Source of the DNA: Pseudomonas flexibilis
Lineage (GTDB): Bacteria > Pseudomonadota > Gammaproteobacteria > Pseudomonadales > Pseudomonadaceae
Assembly (NCBI RefSeq): GCF_000802425.1
Contig: NZ_JRUD01000009.1
Span: forward strand, 36,788-100,787
Reading direction: 5' to 3'
Length of the DNA stretch: 64,000 bases
Shown: positions 31,695 to 41,102 of the stretch, one piece after another
Position numbering within the stretch: position 1 is the first letter of the stretch
Layout of the letters: the number at the start of each line of letters is the position of its first letter
Translations under genes and position numbers: made by a program
The notes under the pieces: model-generated
Database searches by the model: none
Seen by the model: the letters and a program-made list of their open reading frames with translations, nothing else
Told to the model about the DNA's origin: nothing

Positions 31695-32271
31695 ATGGAA
31701 ATCTTCTTCCTGCTATTCCTCGGCATCGTCGTGATGCTGCGCCCTGACCGGCAACGAACCCTCCGACGGGCGCCTGCAGATCGAGGGCAGTCCCGCACGG
31801 ACCACCCTGGACGAGGCCTCGCAGATCAACCGCGTTGCCACCCTGAGCATGCTGGATCCGACCCTCGGACGCCGCGAAGACGCGCTGCGCAAACTGGAAC
31901 AGGCGCGCGACCTGTTGCGCCACAGCACGGCGCAGGACGACCTGGACGACTTCGACAAGGCCCTGCTGCTGACGGCCATCGCCAACCGCTATCTGCAGCT
32001 GGACCGCCTGGACCTCGCCCAGGCCTGTCGCGCCGACATTCCAGAGGCGGAGGCCGGCTATGACGAGCATGAATGGATCGGCGCGCTGATCAGCCACGGG
32101 CATCTTGAGCAGGCCATCCACGACATGCGCTTCATCCATCTGCACGACACTACTCAGCCGCTGGCCCGCCTGCGCACGCGGATCGACGAGCTGGCCGAGC
32201 AGGGCCAGGCATTACGGGCACAACTGCTGGATCGGCTGCGCAGTGAGGCGTTCTGGGGTGCGCCCGCCTGA
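31695..32271 (+). pseudogene. Membrane-anchored hypothetical protein, apparently disrupted by a 1-nt frameshift at a CCC run (about 31742..31744)
   Basis: ATG at 31695 with a GGAAAGG RBS opens a TM-like N-terminus (MEIFFLLFLGIVVMLR). That frame then becomes junk (RPDRQRTLRR...). GC3-biased coding signal continues in the +1 frame (LTGNEPSDGRLQIEGSPARTTLDEASQINRVATLSMLDPTLGRRED...) to the stop at 32271. The intact +1 ORF from ATG 31849 (140 aa) has no RBS. Confidence 0.45.
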
Positions 32272-32292
32272 TGACGACGGCGGCACGCGGGT

Positions 32293-32979
32293 CTAGCGGC
32301 CCGCGTAGCGCTCCCAGAGGGTTTCGAATTCCCGGCTGTATTCGGCGAGCAGATGGGCGTCGTCGGTGACCAGCAGGTTTTCCTCGTTGCTGGTGGTGGC
32401 GCTGCGGGTCCAGTTGAAGCTGCCGTTGAGCAGCAGGCGTCGATCGAACAGCGCGAACTTGTGGTGCATGTGGTAGGGGCTGCTATCGATGCGCACCGGC
32501 ACGCCCCGCTCCAGCAGGTGTTCGATGTCGCTGCCCGGATCGAAGCGCTTTTCGCTGTCGCTGATCACCCGCACCCGCACACCCCGGCGGTGACAGTCGA
32601 TCAGCGCATCGCTGAGCAGGTTGTCGGAGATGGTGAACACACAGACGTCCACCGCCTCGCGTGCCTGCCGGCACAGTTCGCGGATCCGTGTCCGGCAACT
32701 TTCGCCCGGGCTGAAATGCGCGCTGCTGTGGCTGCGCGTCACGGCGCAGCGCACCTCCAGGGTGCGGATCACCTGCTCCAGCCATTTCAGCGCCGGCAGC
32801 GCCGCCTCCGGCTCCGCGACCTTCTCGCGCACCAGGGCGAAGGCGCGATTGCGCAGGAAACGCACCTGGTCGGGCGACAGGTTGTCGCCCAGTTCGCGCA
32901 GTTCGTTGCGCTCCTCGTTGCTCAGGCGCAGGTCCGCCAGGCTGTCCCGCAATTGCTGGTCGAGTTGCTCGAAGTTCAT
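32293..32979 (-). CDS. Phospholipase D-family protein with a single HKD motif (Nuc-like nuclease or lipid phosphodiesterase; 228 aa)
   Basis: HxK(x4)D(x6)GSxN signature (HMHHKFALFDRRLLLNGSFNWTRSA) after a helical N-terminal extension of about 90 aa. Starts 16 nt after the stop of the 1745-aa gene, with AAGGA upstream, consistent with translational coupling. Confidence 0.8.
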   Translation of the reverse strand: MNFEQLDQQLRDSLADLRLSNEERNELRELGDNLSPDQVRFLRNRAFALVREKVAEPEAALPALKWLEQVIRTLEVRCAVTRSHSSAHFSPGESCRTRIRELCRQAREAVDVCVFTISDNLLSDALIDCHRRGVRVRVISDSEKRFDPGSDIEHLLERGVPVRIDSSPYHMHHKFALFDRRLLLNGSFNWTRSATTSNEENLLVTDDAHLLAEYSREFETLWERYAGR

Positions 32980-32995
32980 GCCTCAACGTCCTTGA

Positions 32996-35900
32996 TCAGT
33001 CCTGCGTGACGCGCGGCTGGCCCAGCTGGCTGGCCAGCTCGCGCAACTGGCGCGCCATGTCGTGCATGTTGCGGTGGGTGCCCAGGTCGATATCGATCTT
33101 CTTGTCCATGGCATTGAGCAGTGGCAGAAAACCGTTCTGCAGGCTGTCGGCCAGGCGTTCCAGCAGGTGCTGGATACCCGGCTGCGGCGGCGCAACCACC
33201 TGCAGGTCGACCTCGACGCGCGGCTCGACCTGACGCAGACGCTCCAGACCAGCCAGCAGCTGCGCCCACGGCTGTTCGGCGTCCACCGGCGCAACGGCGC
33301 GCCGCTCACCCAGCGCGCGCACACCTTCCACCAGATCGTTGAGCTGGGCCACCACGCGGCCGCCGACATCCGCATCGCTGCCGCCGATGGCCTTGTTGCA
33401 CAGGAAATCGCGCTTGATCTGCGCCCAGCGCTCGGCCTGTTCGGCGCTCAGGGTGCCGCGCAGTTCGGCCAGCTTGAGCAGGTTCTCCTCGGCGCCGCTG
33501 GTCAGCAGTTGCGATTCGCCCTGGTAGTGGTCGGCGATCAGCTGCAGCAACTCGGCCTCGTTCATCACCGCGCTGATCTTCTCGGCCAGCTTGTTCATGT
33601 TGCGATAGCTGCCCTGCAGCTTGAACGGCGGCTCGGTGCGGTACTGCTCGGCCTGGGCGGCACTGGCGATGTACTGCTGGTTGACCTTGAGCACGGTATC
33701 GCGCACCTGCAGCAGCCGCTGCAGGGTAGCGGTGATCTCGTTGATCTCCGCGCCGCTGTAGTCATGGCTCAGCGTGTTGGCGGAGAACGGCTTGCCCTCG
33801 GCGCGCTCGACGAATCGATAGAGATCGGCCAGCTCGCGGGTGGCCAGCGGCGCCAGCACCGGGTTGGCGGTCAGGCTGTTCTCGATGTAGCTGAGAGCGA
33901 AGGCGTCCTGCATGCCGCCCAGGGTGTCGCCGAGGTTATAGATGTCGGCACGGTTGGCCAGCATGTCGGGGATCTTGAACAGCTCGCCGGACTCCGTGTA
34001 CGGGTTGCCGGCCATCACCACGCAGAACTTCTTGCCACGCATGTCGTAGGTGCGGGTCTTGCCCTTCCACACCCCCTCGATGCGCCGGGTGCCGTCGCAC
34101 AGGGAGATGAACTTCTGCAGGAACTCCGGGTGGGTGTGCTGGATGTCGTCGACATAGAGCATCACGTTGCTGCCCATCTCCAGCGCCAGGTTGAGCTTCT
34201 CCAGCTCCTGGCGCGAGGTGGCGTCCGGCGCCTGCGCCGGGTCGATGGAGCGCACCTCGTGACCCAGCGCCGGACCGTTGATCTTCATGAAGATCAGCCC
34301 GAGGCGGTGGGCGACGTACTCCATCAGCGTGGTCTTGCCGTAGCCCGGCGGCGAAATCAGCATCAGCAGGCCCATCAGGTCGCTGCGCTTGCCCTCCCCG
34401 ACCGTGCCCATCTGCTTGGCCAGGTTGTCGCCGATGAAGCCCAGGTACACCTCGTTGATCAGCCGGTTGCGCACGAACGAGGTCAGCGGCCGCGGGCGGA
34501 ACTCCTCCAGGCGCAGCGCCGCGCGTTCGCGTTCGAGCACCGCCTGGCGCAGCGCCTGGTAGCGCTGCAGCGCGGGCAGCACCTGGGTGCGGTGGTGGCG
34601 CAGGCGCTGGAAGAAGTCGTCCAGGCTCAGCTCCAGGACGCCCTCGCGGATGCGCGGGTGCTCGCCGAGCAGGCCGTCGACCCGAAAGCGCAGGTCGGCC
34701 TCGACGATGCGCGGCGCCAGCGTTTCCTCGGTCAGGCTCAGCGCCACCGCTTCGGGCACATAGTTGTGCAGTTCGGGCGCCTGACTGCGGCAATAGCCCT
34801 GCAGCCAGTTGGCGGCCAGCGCCCAGCGCTGCGCCGGCTGTTCTTGCAGCCCGTCCAGCGCCTGCCGGTAACCCTCCCACAGGTGGCTGGCCTGCAGGTG
34901 CCGGCGCAAGCCGTCGAGCAGCTCGCGGGCGTACTTGCTGCAGACGAACTCCACACGCTCGGCGGCCAGCTCCTCCACCAGGTACTCCGCCGCGTCCCGC
35001 AGCAGCGTGTCGGCCGGCTCGAGCGCATGCTGCGCCTGGAAACTGCGCATGGCCTGGCACACCTCGGCGCGCAGTTGCTCCACCCCGTTGGCATGGCCGA
35101 ACAGACGGCGCACCTGCGCACTGCTGGCCGCCCGTTGCGGCCAGAGCGCGGCGTGCGCCTCGCTGCGCCAGCACGACCAGAAGAACAGCGCGAAGCCACG
35201 CGCCGCCGGGCCATGGATCAGCAGCCCGGCGCTGTCGCGCAGTTCGAGCACGCGGAGCAGGATGGCCAGGGCGTCCTGGTCGTGGATGCCGCGCTGGTAG
35301 CCTTCCCGGTAGCGCGGCGCGGCGAACTCGCGGATCAGTCCGAGCAGTTCCTGGGGCTGACTCATGGCGGTCTTCAGCCGATCCAGGGACAGATCGCCAC
35401 CACCGTGCTCGGCGGCCTCCAGCAGCGCACCGGCCAGGTATTCGGCACGATACAGCTGCTCGGATTCGGATTCCAGCGACACCTGCCAGTAGTCGCGCAG
35501 GGCTTCCAGCTCGGGGGCGTGCAGCGGCTCGAGGAAATCGGTGCCGGTCAGGTGCAGGTGCAACTGGTCGCCCCGCGGCAGAAGGGTCAGGTCCAGTTCC
35601 TGGGTGTTGACGCTGAAGCGATGGCGCGGCCCCAGGCGGATGACGTTGCCGCCTTCCTCGAACAACTCGCGCTGGTCGCGCTGGGCGCGCACGGCCTGGT
35701 CGCGCACGCCCTTCAGGCGCGCCTCGATGTCGTCGGCACGCACGCTGTCGTCCAGCTCGCGCAACCGCCCGGCCAGTTCGCGCAGCTTGAGGATCAGTGG
35801 GTCGCCGGCGAAGAAGGCGTTGAGCTCTTCCGGGCGCGTGAAGCGCGCGGTGCGCCGGCCCAGGCCGTCGAGGATGCGGCGGGCGGCGTCGGCCAGCGAT

Positions 35901-38233
35901 TGCGCCTTGCGCTGGCGCTCGTCGAGCAGCGCCTGGCGATGGGCCTCGAAGGTTTCCAGCAACTCCTCGCGCTTGCCGAGGATGTCGCCGAGGAACTGCT
36001 CGTGGTCGCCGAACTGGCTTTCCAGCTCCTCCAGTTGCACCAGCAGCCGCGACAGCTGCTCGTCGCAGCGTTCCGGATCGGTGGCCAGCGCCAGGGCGCT
36101 GGTGACGCTCTGACCGAACAGCTTGAACTGGGCGCCGAACTGCGCCACCGCCTCGCTCGACCCCAGCCCCTTGCGGCGCTGTTCGGCGCGCGCCTTGGTC
36201 TGGTTGAGGCGGGCGTAGACCTCGGAAATGCCTTCGACGATGCGCGTGCGCTGGGTGGCGTCGTCGATCTTCAGCGAGGCCATCAGGCCGGAGAGCATGT
36301 CCAGGTCGGCGGCCATGCCGGCCATGTCCCGCAGCGGTTCGGCCAGCGCGGCCACGGTCTGCGCCGCCTGGGCGGCCTGGTCGAGCTGCTGCAGCCGGTC
36401 GAGGAACGGCTGCAGGGCCTGCGCCCCGGCCAAGAACGCCGAGGTGGCGGTGGCCACCCGCTCATGCGCCTCGAGCAGCGCACGCTCCATCGCGTCGATA
36501 CGCGCCACGTCGATGTAGCGCAGCTCGCGGATGGTCAGCAGCAGACCGCGCTGCGCGCCGATCTGGTTGAGCGCCTCGACGAACTCCTGCGCCTGCTTCC
36601 AGCCATCCATCCAGAGGCCGTCCAGCAGCGCCTTCTGGCGCGCTTCGGCATCGGCCATGGCGCGCGCCGACTGCTGGCGGATGCTTTCCACCTTCTCGAA
36701 TTCGTCCAGCACCAGCTCGCCGGTGGCGGCCACCTCGCGCAGCAGGGGCGCCAGCCCGGCGCATTCGGGTTCGCCGAGCCAGTGGTAGGCATCGAACAGC
36801 CGCCGGGTGTTCTGGCACAGCTGGCTGAAGCGGGCCACCGAGACTTCCGGGCTGTCGATCTCCCGGGCCAGGCCCAGCAGGTCGGAAATGCCGCGCACCA
36901 GCTCGGCGTTGCCGATGCGCCCGAAGAAACCGCCGCGGGCCGGCTGGCGGGCGGCGTACTCCTCGCTGTAGAACGGCGTCTGCCAGATCTGCATCGGGTG
37001 GATGCGGGTCGGCTCATCCCCTTCGGCGGAGAAGATCACCATGCGCCCGTCCTCCAGGCGCGCGTGACCGTGGCCGAAGATCGGGTTGTGCAGGCGGCGG
37101 CTGATCAGGTTGTAGGTCAGCAGCACCGAGCGGCCTTCAAGCGGTTCGTAGAACACGAACTGCACGTCCTCGCCGTTGGGCGAGCGCAGCATGCGCTTGA
37201 AGCGCATGCCGGCCATGGACTGCTCGAAGGTCTTGTATTCCCCGTTCTGCAGGTAGTAGCCACCGGGGAAGATGATGCCGTGGTCTTCCGGCAGCTGGAT
37301 GCAGGCCTGGCCGATGGCGTCGATGCGCTCGACCTTGCGGGTCAGGCTGTTGAACACCAGGTAGCGCCAGCGCTCCTCGCGGTAGGGCAGCACCTTGAGC
37401 AGGATCAGGCCGCCCAGCCGGGCATACTCGATCTGCGCGTCGTCCAGCGACTGGCTCTTGTCCAGCACCGGCTCGCGGTAGATGCCCTGGCCGTCCTCGG
37501 TGTTGTTCTCGACCTTGATGGTGAGATCGCCCCCCAGGGTTTCCACGAACACCGTGTCGAGGATGTTCAGGTGCGGGTGGCGGCCGTTGACCGCCATCTC
37601 GCGGGTGGTTTTCTGCCACTCGAAATCGAAGGACGCCGGCAGGGCGATGTCGCGCTCGCCACGGTTGTCGATGTAGCGCACCTGCTGGCCATCGGCGGAC
37701 ACGGACCAGCGGAACACGCGGATGTCGCTGACCCGCTCGCCGATCTGGAAGCTCGCCAGCAGCTTGCCGTCGCGCTGGGTGAGCTGCAGCAGCCGGGTGT
37801 TCTTGTAGTAGGTGTACAGCTCGGTGAAGTCGTTGACGAAGCTCTGCTGGCCCAGGAAGCTGCCGGCCAGTTCCAGTGCCTCGGCCTCGTAGCCCTGCTC
37901 ATGGGCCGCCAGGCGATACAGCGAGAACACGTCCTCGATGCGCGTCTCGCGCTTGAGGCCCAGGAAGACGTTGTAGCCGAACAGCAACAGATCGCCGACC
38001 TGGACGATGTCGCGCGCCACGCAGTTGTTCTCGGTGCGGATGCGCACCCGGCCGGCCACCTCCATGCGGCTGTCGCCGAACGCCTGCAGGCGTTGCTGGT
38101 TGAGGGTCTCGGCCTGCTGACGGACCTGGCGGCCCTGCTCCAGCAGACGTTTGTGCAGCACTTCATAGGCGCCGCCCTCGGCGACTGCCTTGTCCACCAG
38201 GTCCTGGGCCTGGGGAGCGGCCTGTTCCGACAT
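32996..38233 (-). CDS. Giant multidomain protein (1745 aa) with a C-terminal AAA+ ATPase module (MoxR/AAA_5-like); function unknown
   Basis: Beta-rich N-terminal region of about 500 aa, a central coiled-coil-like helical region rich in E/R/A/L, and a C-terminal ATPase with Walker A (SPPGYGKTTL), Walker B (MLYVDDIQ) and sensor-like motifs (VVMAGNPY..., RADIYNL). GC3 is high throughout. The long antisense ORF on the plus strand was rejected. Confidence 0.85.
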   Translation of the reverse strand: MSEQAAPQAQDLVDKAVAEGGAYEVLHKRLLEQGRQVRQQAETLNQQRLQAFGDSRMEVAGRVRIRTENNCVARDIVQVGDLLLFGYNVFLGLKRETRIEDVFSLYRLAAHEQGYEAEALELAGSFLGQQSFVNDFTELYTYYKNTRLLQLTQRDGKLLASFQIGERVSDIRVFRWSVSADGQQVRYIDNRGERDIALPASFDFEWQKTTREMAVNGRHPHLNILDTVFVETLGGDLTIKVENNTEDGQGIYREPVLDKSQSLDDAQIEYARLGGLILLKVLPYREERWRYLVFNSLTRKVERIDAIGQACIQLPEDHGIIFPGGYYLQNGEYKTFEQSMAGMRFKRMLRSPNGEDVQFVFYEPLEGRSVLLTYNLISRRLHNPIFGHGHARLEDGRMVIFSAEGDEPTRIHPMQIWQTPFYSEEYAARQPARGGFFGRIGNAELVRGISDLLGLAREIDSPEVSVARFSQLCQNTRRLFDAYHWLGEPECAGLAPLLREVAATGELVLDEFEKVESIRQQSARAMADAEARQKALLDGLWMDGWKQAQEFVEALNQIGAQRGLLLTIRELRYIDVARIDAMERALLEAHERVATATSAFLAGAQALQPFLDRLQQLDQAAQAAQTVAALAEPLRDMAGMAADLDMLSGLMASLKIDDATQRTRIVEGISEVYARLNQTKARAEQRRKGLGSSEAVAQFGAQFKLFGQSVTSALALATDPERCDEQLSRLLVQLEELESQFGDHEQFLGDILGKREELLETFEAHRQALLDERQRKAQSLADAARRILDGLGRRTARFTRPEELNAFFAGDPLILKLRELAGRLRELDDSVRADDIEARLKGVRDQAVRAQRDQRELFEEGGNVIRLGPRHRFSVNTQELDLTLLPRGDQLHLHLTGTDFLEPLHAPELEALRDYWQVSLESESEQLYRAEYLAGALLEAAEHGGGDLSLDRLKTAMSQPQELLGLIREFAAPRYREGYQRGIHDQDALAILLRVLELRDSAGLLIHGPAARGFALFFWSCWRSEAHAALWPQRAASSAQVRRLFGHANGVEQLRAEVCQAMRSFQAQHALEPADTLLRDAAEYLVEELAAERVEFVCSKYARELLDGLRRHLQASHLWEGYRQALDGLQEQPAQRWALAANWLQGYCRSQAPELHNYVPEAVALSLTEETLAPRIVEADLRFRVDGLLGEHPRIREGVLELSLDDFFQRLRHHRTQVLPALQRYQALRQAVLERERAALRLEEFRPRPLTSFVRNRLINEVYLGFIGDNLAKQMGTVGEGKRSDLMGLLMLISPPGYGKTTLMEYVAHRLGLIFMKINGPALGHEVRSIDPAQAPDATSRQELEKLNLALEMGSNVMLYVDDIQHTHPEFLQKFISLCDGTRRIEGVWKGKTRTYDMRGKKFCVVMAGNPYTESGELFKIPDMLANRADIYNLGDTLGGMQDAFALSYIENSLTANPVLAPLATRELADLYRFVERAEGKPFSANTLSHDYSGAEINEITATLQRLLQVRDTVLKVNQQYIASAAQAEQYRTEPPFKLQGSYRNMNKLAEKISAVMNEAELLQLIADHYQGESQLLTSGAEENLLKLAELRGTLSAEQAERWAQIKRDFLCNKAIGGSDADVGGRVVAQLNDLVEGVRALGERRAVAPVDAEQPWAQLLAGLERLRQVEPRVEVDLQVVAPPQPGIQHLLERLADSLQNGFLPLLNAMDKKIDIDLGTHRNMHDMARQLRELASQLGQPRVTQD

Positions 38234-38328
38234 CCTGCTCGTCCTGATCGAAAGTCCACGGGGCTACCGGGCCCGCGCACGGGCCCGGATCGACGGGAAA
38301 GGGACCGCGCCGCAGCGCGGTTCCGGCA

Positions 38329-40371
38329 TCAGCTCTCGGCGGCCGTCTGGGCGGCATCCAGGTCGCGACCGGCGCGGCCGTTGAGCAGGCGCGACAGCAT
38401 GTCCTGGACCACCGGGCTCTTGCCGACCACGCCTTCGATGGCCTTGCCCACCGACAGCGACTTGGCGAAGGAGTTGAAGAAGTCGCCCTCGCCGCCGACG
38501 ATCTCGATCTTCGCCTGGCCCAGCGCGGCGGCCAGCACCTCGGCCTGCTCCTTGGCGATGTCCTTGTTGGCGGCGATGGCGGCCAGGGACTCCTCGAAGT
38601 GCTTCTCCAGCTGCATGCGGAACTCTTCGTGCTGGCGCGCGTTGTCGCTGAGCGCATCCAGGGCGCCGAACTTCTTGCCCAGGCCCTCGGCCTCGGCGCT
38701 CAGCCGCTCCAGCAACACCTGCGCCTCGGCCAGACCCAGGTCCTGGGTCGCCTTGGCCTTGGCGCTGCCCAACTGCTGTTCGCCGCGCGCCTGGGCGCCG
38801 AGCTTCTCTTCCAGCACCTTGGCTTCGGCCAGGCCGTCCTTCTCCCGGGCGGCCGCCTGGGCTTCCAGCACACGGGCCTGTGCCAGGCCCTTCTCCTGCT
38901 CGCCGCGGGCTTCGGCGATCAGCTGTTCGGCCTTGACGCGGGCCTGCGCCAGTCCTTCCTTCTCGACCGCCGCGGCGGTGACTTCCAGCACCCGCGCATC
39001 GGCCAGGCCCGGCGCGGCGCGCTCGGCCTCGATGCCCTCGGCCATGCGCTTCTTGGCCTCGGCGCTCTTGGCCGCGGCTTCCAGTTCGGCCTGGGCCAGC
39101 GTATTGATCTCGACGGCCTTGTGGCGGGAGCGGGTCTCGTCGGCCTCGGCCTGCTTGACCTGGCGCACCAGCTCCTGTTCAGCCTCGGCCTGGGCCTGCA
39201 GCACGACGACCTGCTTGAGGCGCTCGGCCTCGGAGACCTCGCGCACTTCCTTGATGCGTTCTTCTTCCTGGGCCACGGTCTTCTCCACCGCCACCCGCTC
39301 GCGAATCACACCGGCGATGTTCTTGCGTTCTTCCTCCAGCGCCTTTTCCTTCTCGATGCGCTGCAGCTCCACTTCGCGCTCGCGGGCCACCACTTCCAGA
39401 TCACGGGCACGGGTGACCTTCTCCACCTCGATGACCACGGCGCGCTGACGGTTCTGCACCGCCACTTCCACCTCGCGCTGGTGGTTCTCGGCACGGATGT
39501 CCAGTTCCTGCTGGGTCTGGATGCGTGCCTGCTCGGCCTTCAGGCGCTCTTCCTCGCGCACCTTCAGGGTTTCAGCCTCCTCGCGGGCGCGGATGGTCTC
39601 GATCTCGCGCTTCTGGCGGGCCTCGGCATCGGCCTGCTGGCGCTCCAGGGCCAGGGTGGCCTCGCGGGTCTCGACGTTCTTCTTCTTGATCGCCAGCTCC
39701 TCGTTGCGCTCCAGCTCGTTGGTGATGACGTTCTGCGCGGCGGTCAGCTGGGTGATCTTGCGGATACCCTCGGCGTCCAGGATGTTGGTCGGGTCCAGGG
39801 AAACCTTGGGGGTCTGCTCCAGGTAGTCGATGGCCACGTCTTCCAGCACGTAGCCGTTGAGGTCGTTGCCGATCACCTCGACGATGCGGTCGCGGAAGCT
39901 CTGCCGCTCCTCGAACAGCTGGACGAAGTCGAACTGCTTGCCGACGGTCTTCAGCGCTTCGGAGAACTTGGCATTGAACAGCTCGTTGACCGCGCCACGG
40001 TCGGAGGCGCGGTCGACACCGATGGCCTTGGCCACCTTGAGCACGTCTTCCTGGGTTTCGTTGACGCGCAGGTAGAAGGCCACGGTGATGTCGGCGCGCA
40101 GGTTGTCACGGCAGATCAGGCCGTCCTTGCCGCGGCGATCGACTTCCAGGGTGATCAGGGAGATCTTCATGAACTCCTTGAGATAGATCACCGGGTACAC
40201 CAGCGCGCCGGTGAAATGCACCTTGGGCGTGGAGGACAGGTCGTTGACGATCAGCGCGGTGCCCTGTGGAACCTTGATGTAGAAGGCCTTGAACAGGACA
40301 TAGAAGCCCATCAGCAGCAGGAAGAACACGCCCACTCCGACCAGGAACGGCATCAGCATGGCGAAACTCAT
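38329..40371 (-). CDS. yqiK: Flotillin-family SPFH/band-7 protein (YqiK-like), 680 aa
   Basis: N-terminal TM helix, an SPFH domain, and a long E/A/R/K-rich repetitive coiled-coil C-terminus typical of bacterial flotillins. AAGGAG lies upstream of the ATG at 40371. Confidence 0.88.
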   Translation of the reverse strand: MSFAMLMPFLVGVGVFFLLLMGFYVLFKAFYIKVPQGTALIVNDLSSTPKVHFTGALVYPVIYLKEFMKISLITLEVDRRGKDGLICRDNLRADITVAFYLRVNETQEDVLKVAKAIGVDRASDRGAVNELFNAKFSEALKTVGKQFDFVQLFEERQSFRDRIVEVIGNDLNGYVLEDVAIDYLEQTPKVSLDPTNILDAEGIRKITQLTAAQNVITNELERNEELAIKKKNVETREATLALERQQADAEARQKREIETIRAREEAETLKVREEERLKAEQARIQTQQELDIRAENHQREVEVAVQNRQRAVVIEVEKVTRARDLEVVAREREVELQRIEKEKALEEERKNIAGVIRERVAVEKTVAQEEERIKEVREVSEAERLKQVVVLQAQAEAEQELVRQVKQAEADETRSRHKAVEINTLAQAELEAAAKSAEAKKRMAEGIEAERAAPGLADARVLEVTAAAVEKEGLAQARVKAEQLIAEARGEQEKGLAQARVLEAQAAAREKDGLAEAKVLEEKLGAQARGEQQLGSAKAKATQDLGLAEAQVLLERLSAEAEGLGKKFGALDALSDNARQHEEFRMQLEKHFEESLAAIAANKDIAKEQAEVLAAALGQAKIEIVGGEGDFFNSFAKSLSVGKAIEGVVGKSPVVQDMLSRLLNGRAGRDLDAAQTAAES

Positions 40372-40414
40372 GGGTAAACAATCTCCTTGTTTTTAAAGCG
40401 GGTGCGTGCGTCCT

Positions 40415-41044
40415 TCAGGACACTGACAGGCCGTCGAATTCGGCTTCGCTGATCACCCGATAGGCATGCGGCTCCGGCAGGTACTCCAGCAGTACCACCC
40501 GGTCGCCGCGCTTGAAGTCGTGGGTCGCCTCGGCACGGATGCGCAGGATCAGCCCGGCGCCGCCGTTTTCCAGCATGGCTTCCCCGTGCTGCTCGGTAAC
40601 CCGGCCGCTGCGCACCAGCACCCGCTGGCCGATCAGCGAGCGGCTATCCGTGGATTCCAGCTTGCGAAACAGCGGGCGCAGCGGACGGATCAGCAGGGCC
40701 ACCAGCGGTACGGCGGCCACCACCGCGGCCACGGCCGCGAGCAGACCCAGCGGGTAGCGCAGCAGGCCCAGCGGCAGAGGGTCGAGAATCAGCAGCTGAA
40801 CGAAATAGCAGCCCAACCAGGCGAAGAAGAACAGCAGGGTGAGCACCAGGGTGACCGGCACGCCGTTGAGCCCGCACTTGAGCAGCAGGCCGGCCAGCCC
40901 CTCCAGCGCCGTGTCATCGCCATCCAGCAGCTCGACATCGACCAGCCCGAGGGCGGCAACCAGCCAGTAAAGGATGGCCACGCAGAGCAGGAAGCTGAGC
41001 AGGACAGTCGGAAAGGAAAGCGAGGTATGCAGAAACAATTCCAT
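40415..41044 (-). CDS. yqiJ: YqiJ/NfeD-like inner-membrane protein (DUF1449; TM N-half plus C-terminal OB-fold-like domain)
   Basis: Multi-TM N-terminus and a soluble beta-rich C-terminus (GQRVLVRSGRV...GLILRIRAE...GDRVVLLEY). It sits immediately upstream of the flotillin gene, as in the E. coli yqiJK pair. Confidence 0.75.
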   Translation of the reverse strand: MELFLHTSLSFPTVLLSFLLCVAILYWLVAALGLVDVELLDGDDTALEGLAGLLLKCGLNGVPVTLVLTLLFFFAWLGCYFVQLLILDPLPLGLLRYPLGLLAAVAAVVAAVPLVALLIRPLRPLFRKLESTDSRSLIGQRVLVRSGRVTEQHGEAMLENGGAGLILRIRAEATHDFKRGDRVVLLEYLPEPHAYRVISEAEFDGLSVS

Positions 41045-41102
41045 CGGATCGCATCTCGAGGCGGCCCGAACGCCCAGGAAGAGCGCTCAGGCCTTTAGAC
41101 GG

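Noticed and set aside
31515-32063. 182-aa plus-strand ORF in frame 0
   Set aside because: Only its first 16 or so codons (from ATG 31695) look coding. The remainder is GC-frame junk. It is interpreted as the 5' part of a frameshifted gene, not an independent protein.
33062-39448. 2128-aa plus-strand ORF
   Set aside because: It is antisense to the 1745-aa ATPase gene and the flotillin gene. The minus-strand genes have real motifs (Walker A/B, SPFH); this frame does not.
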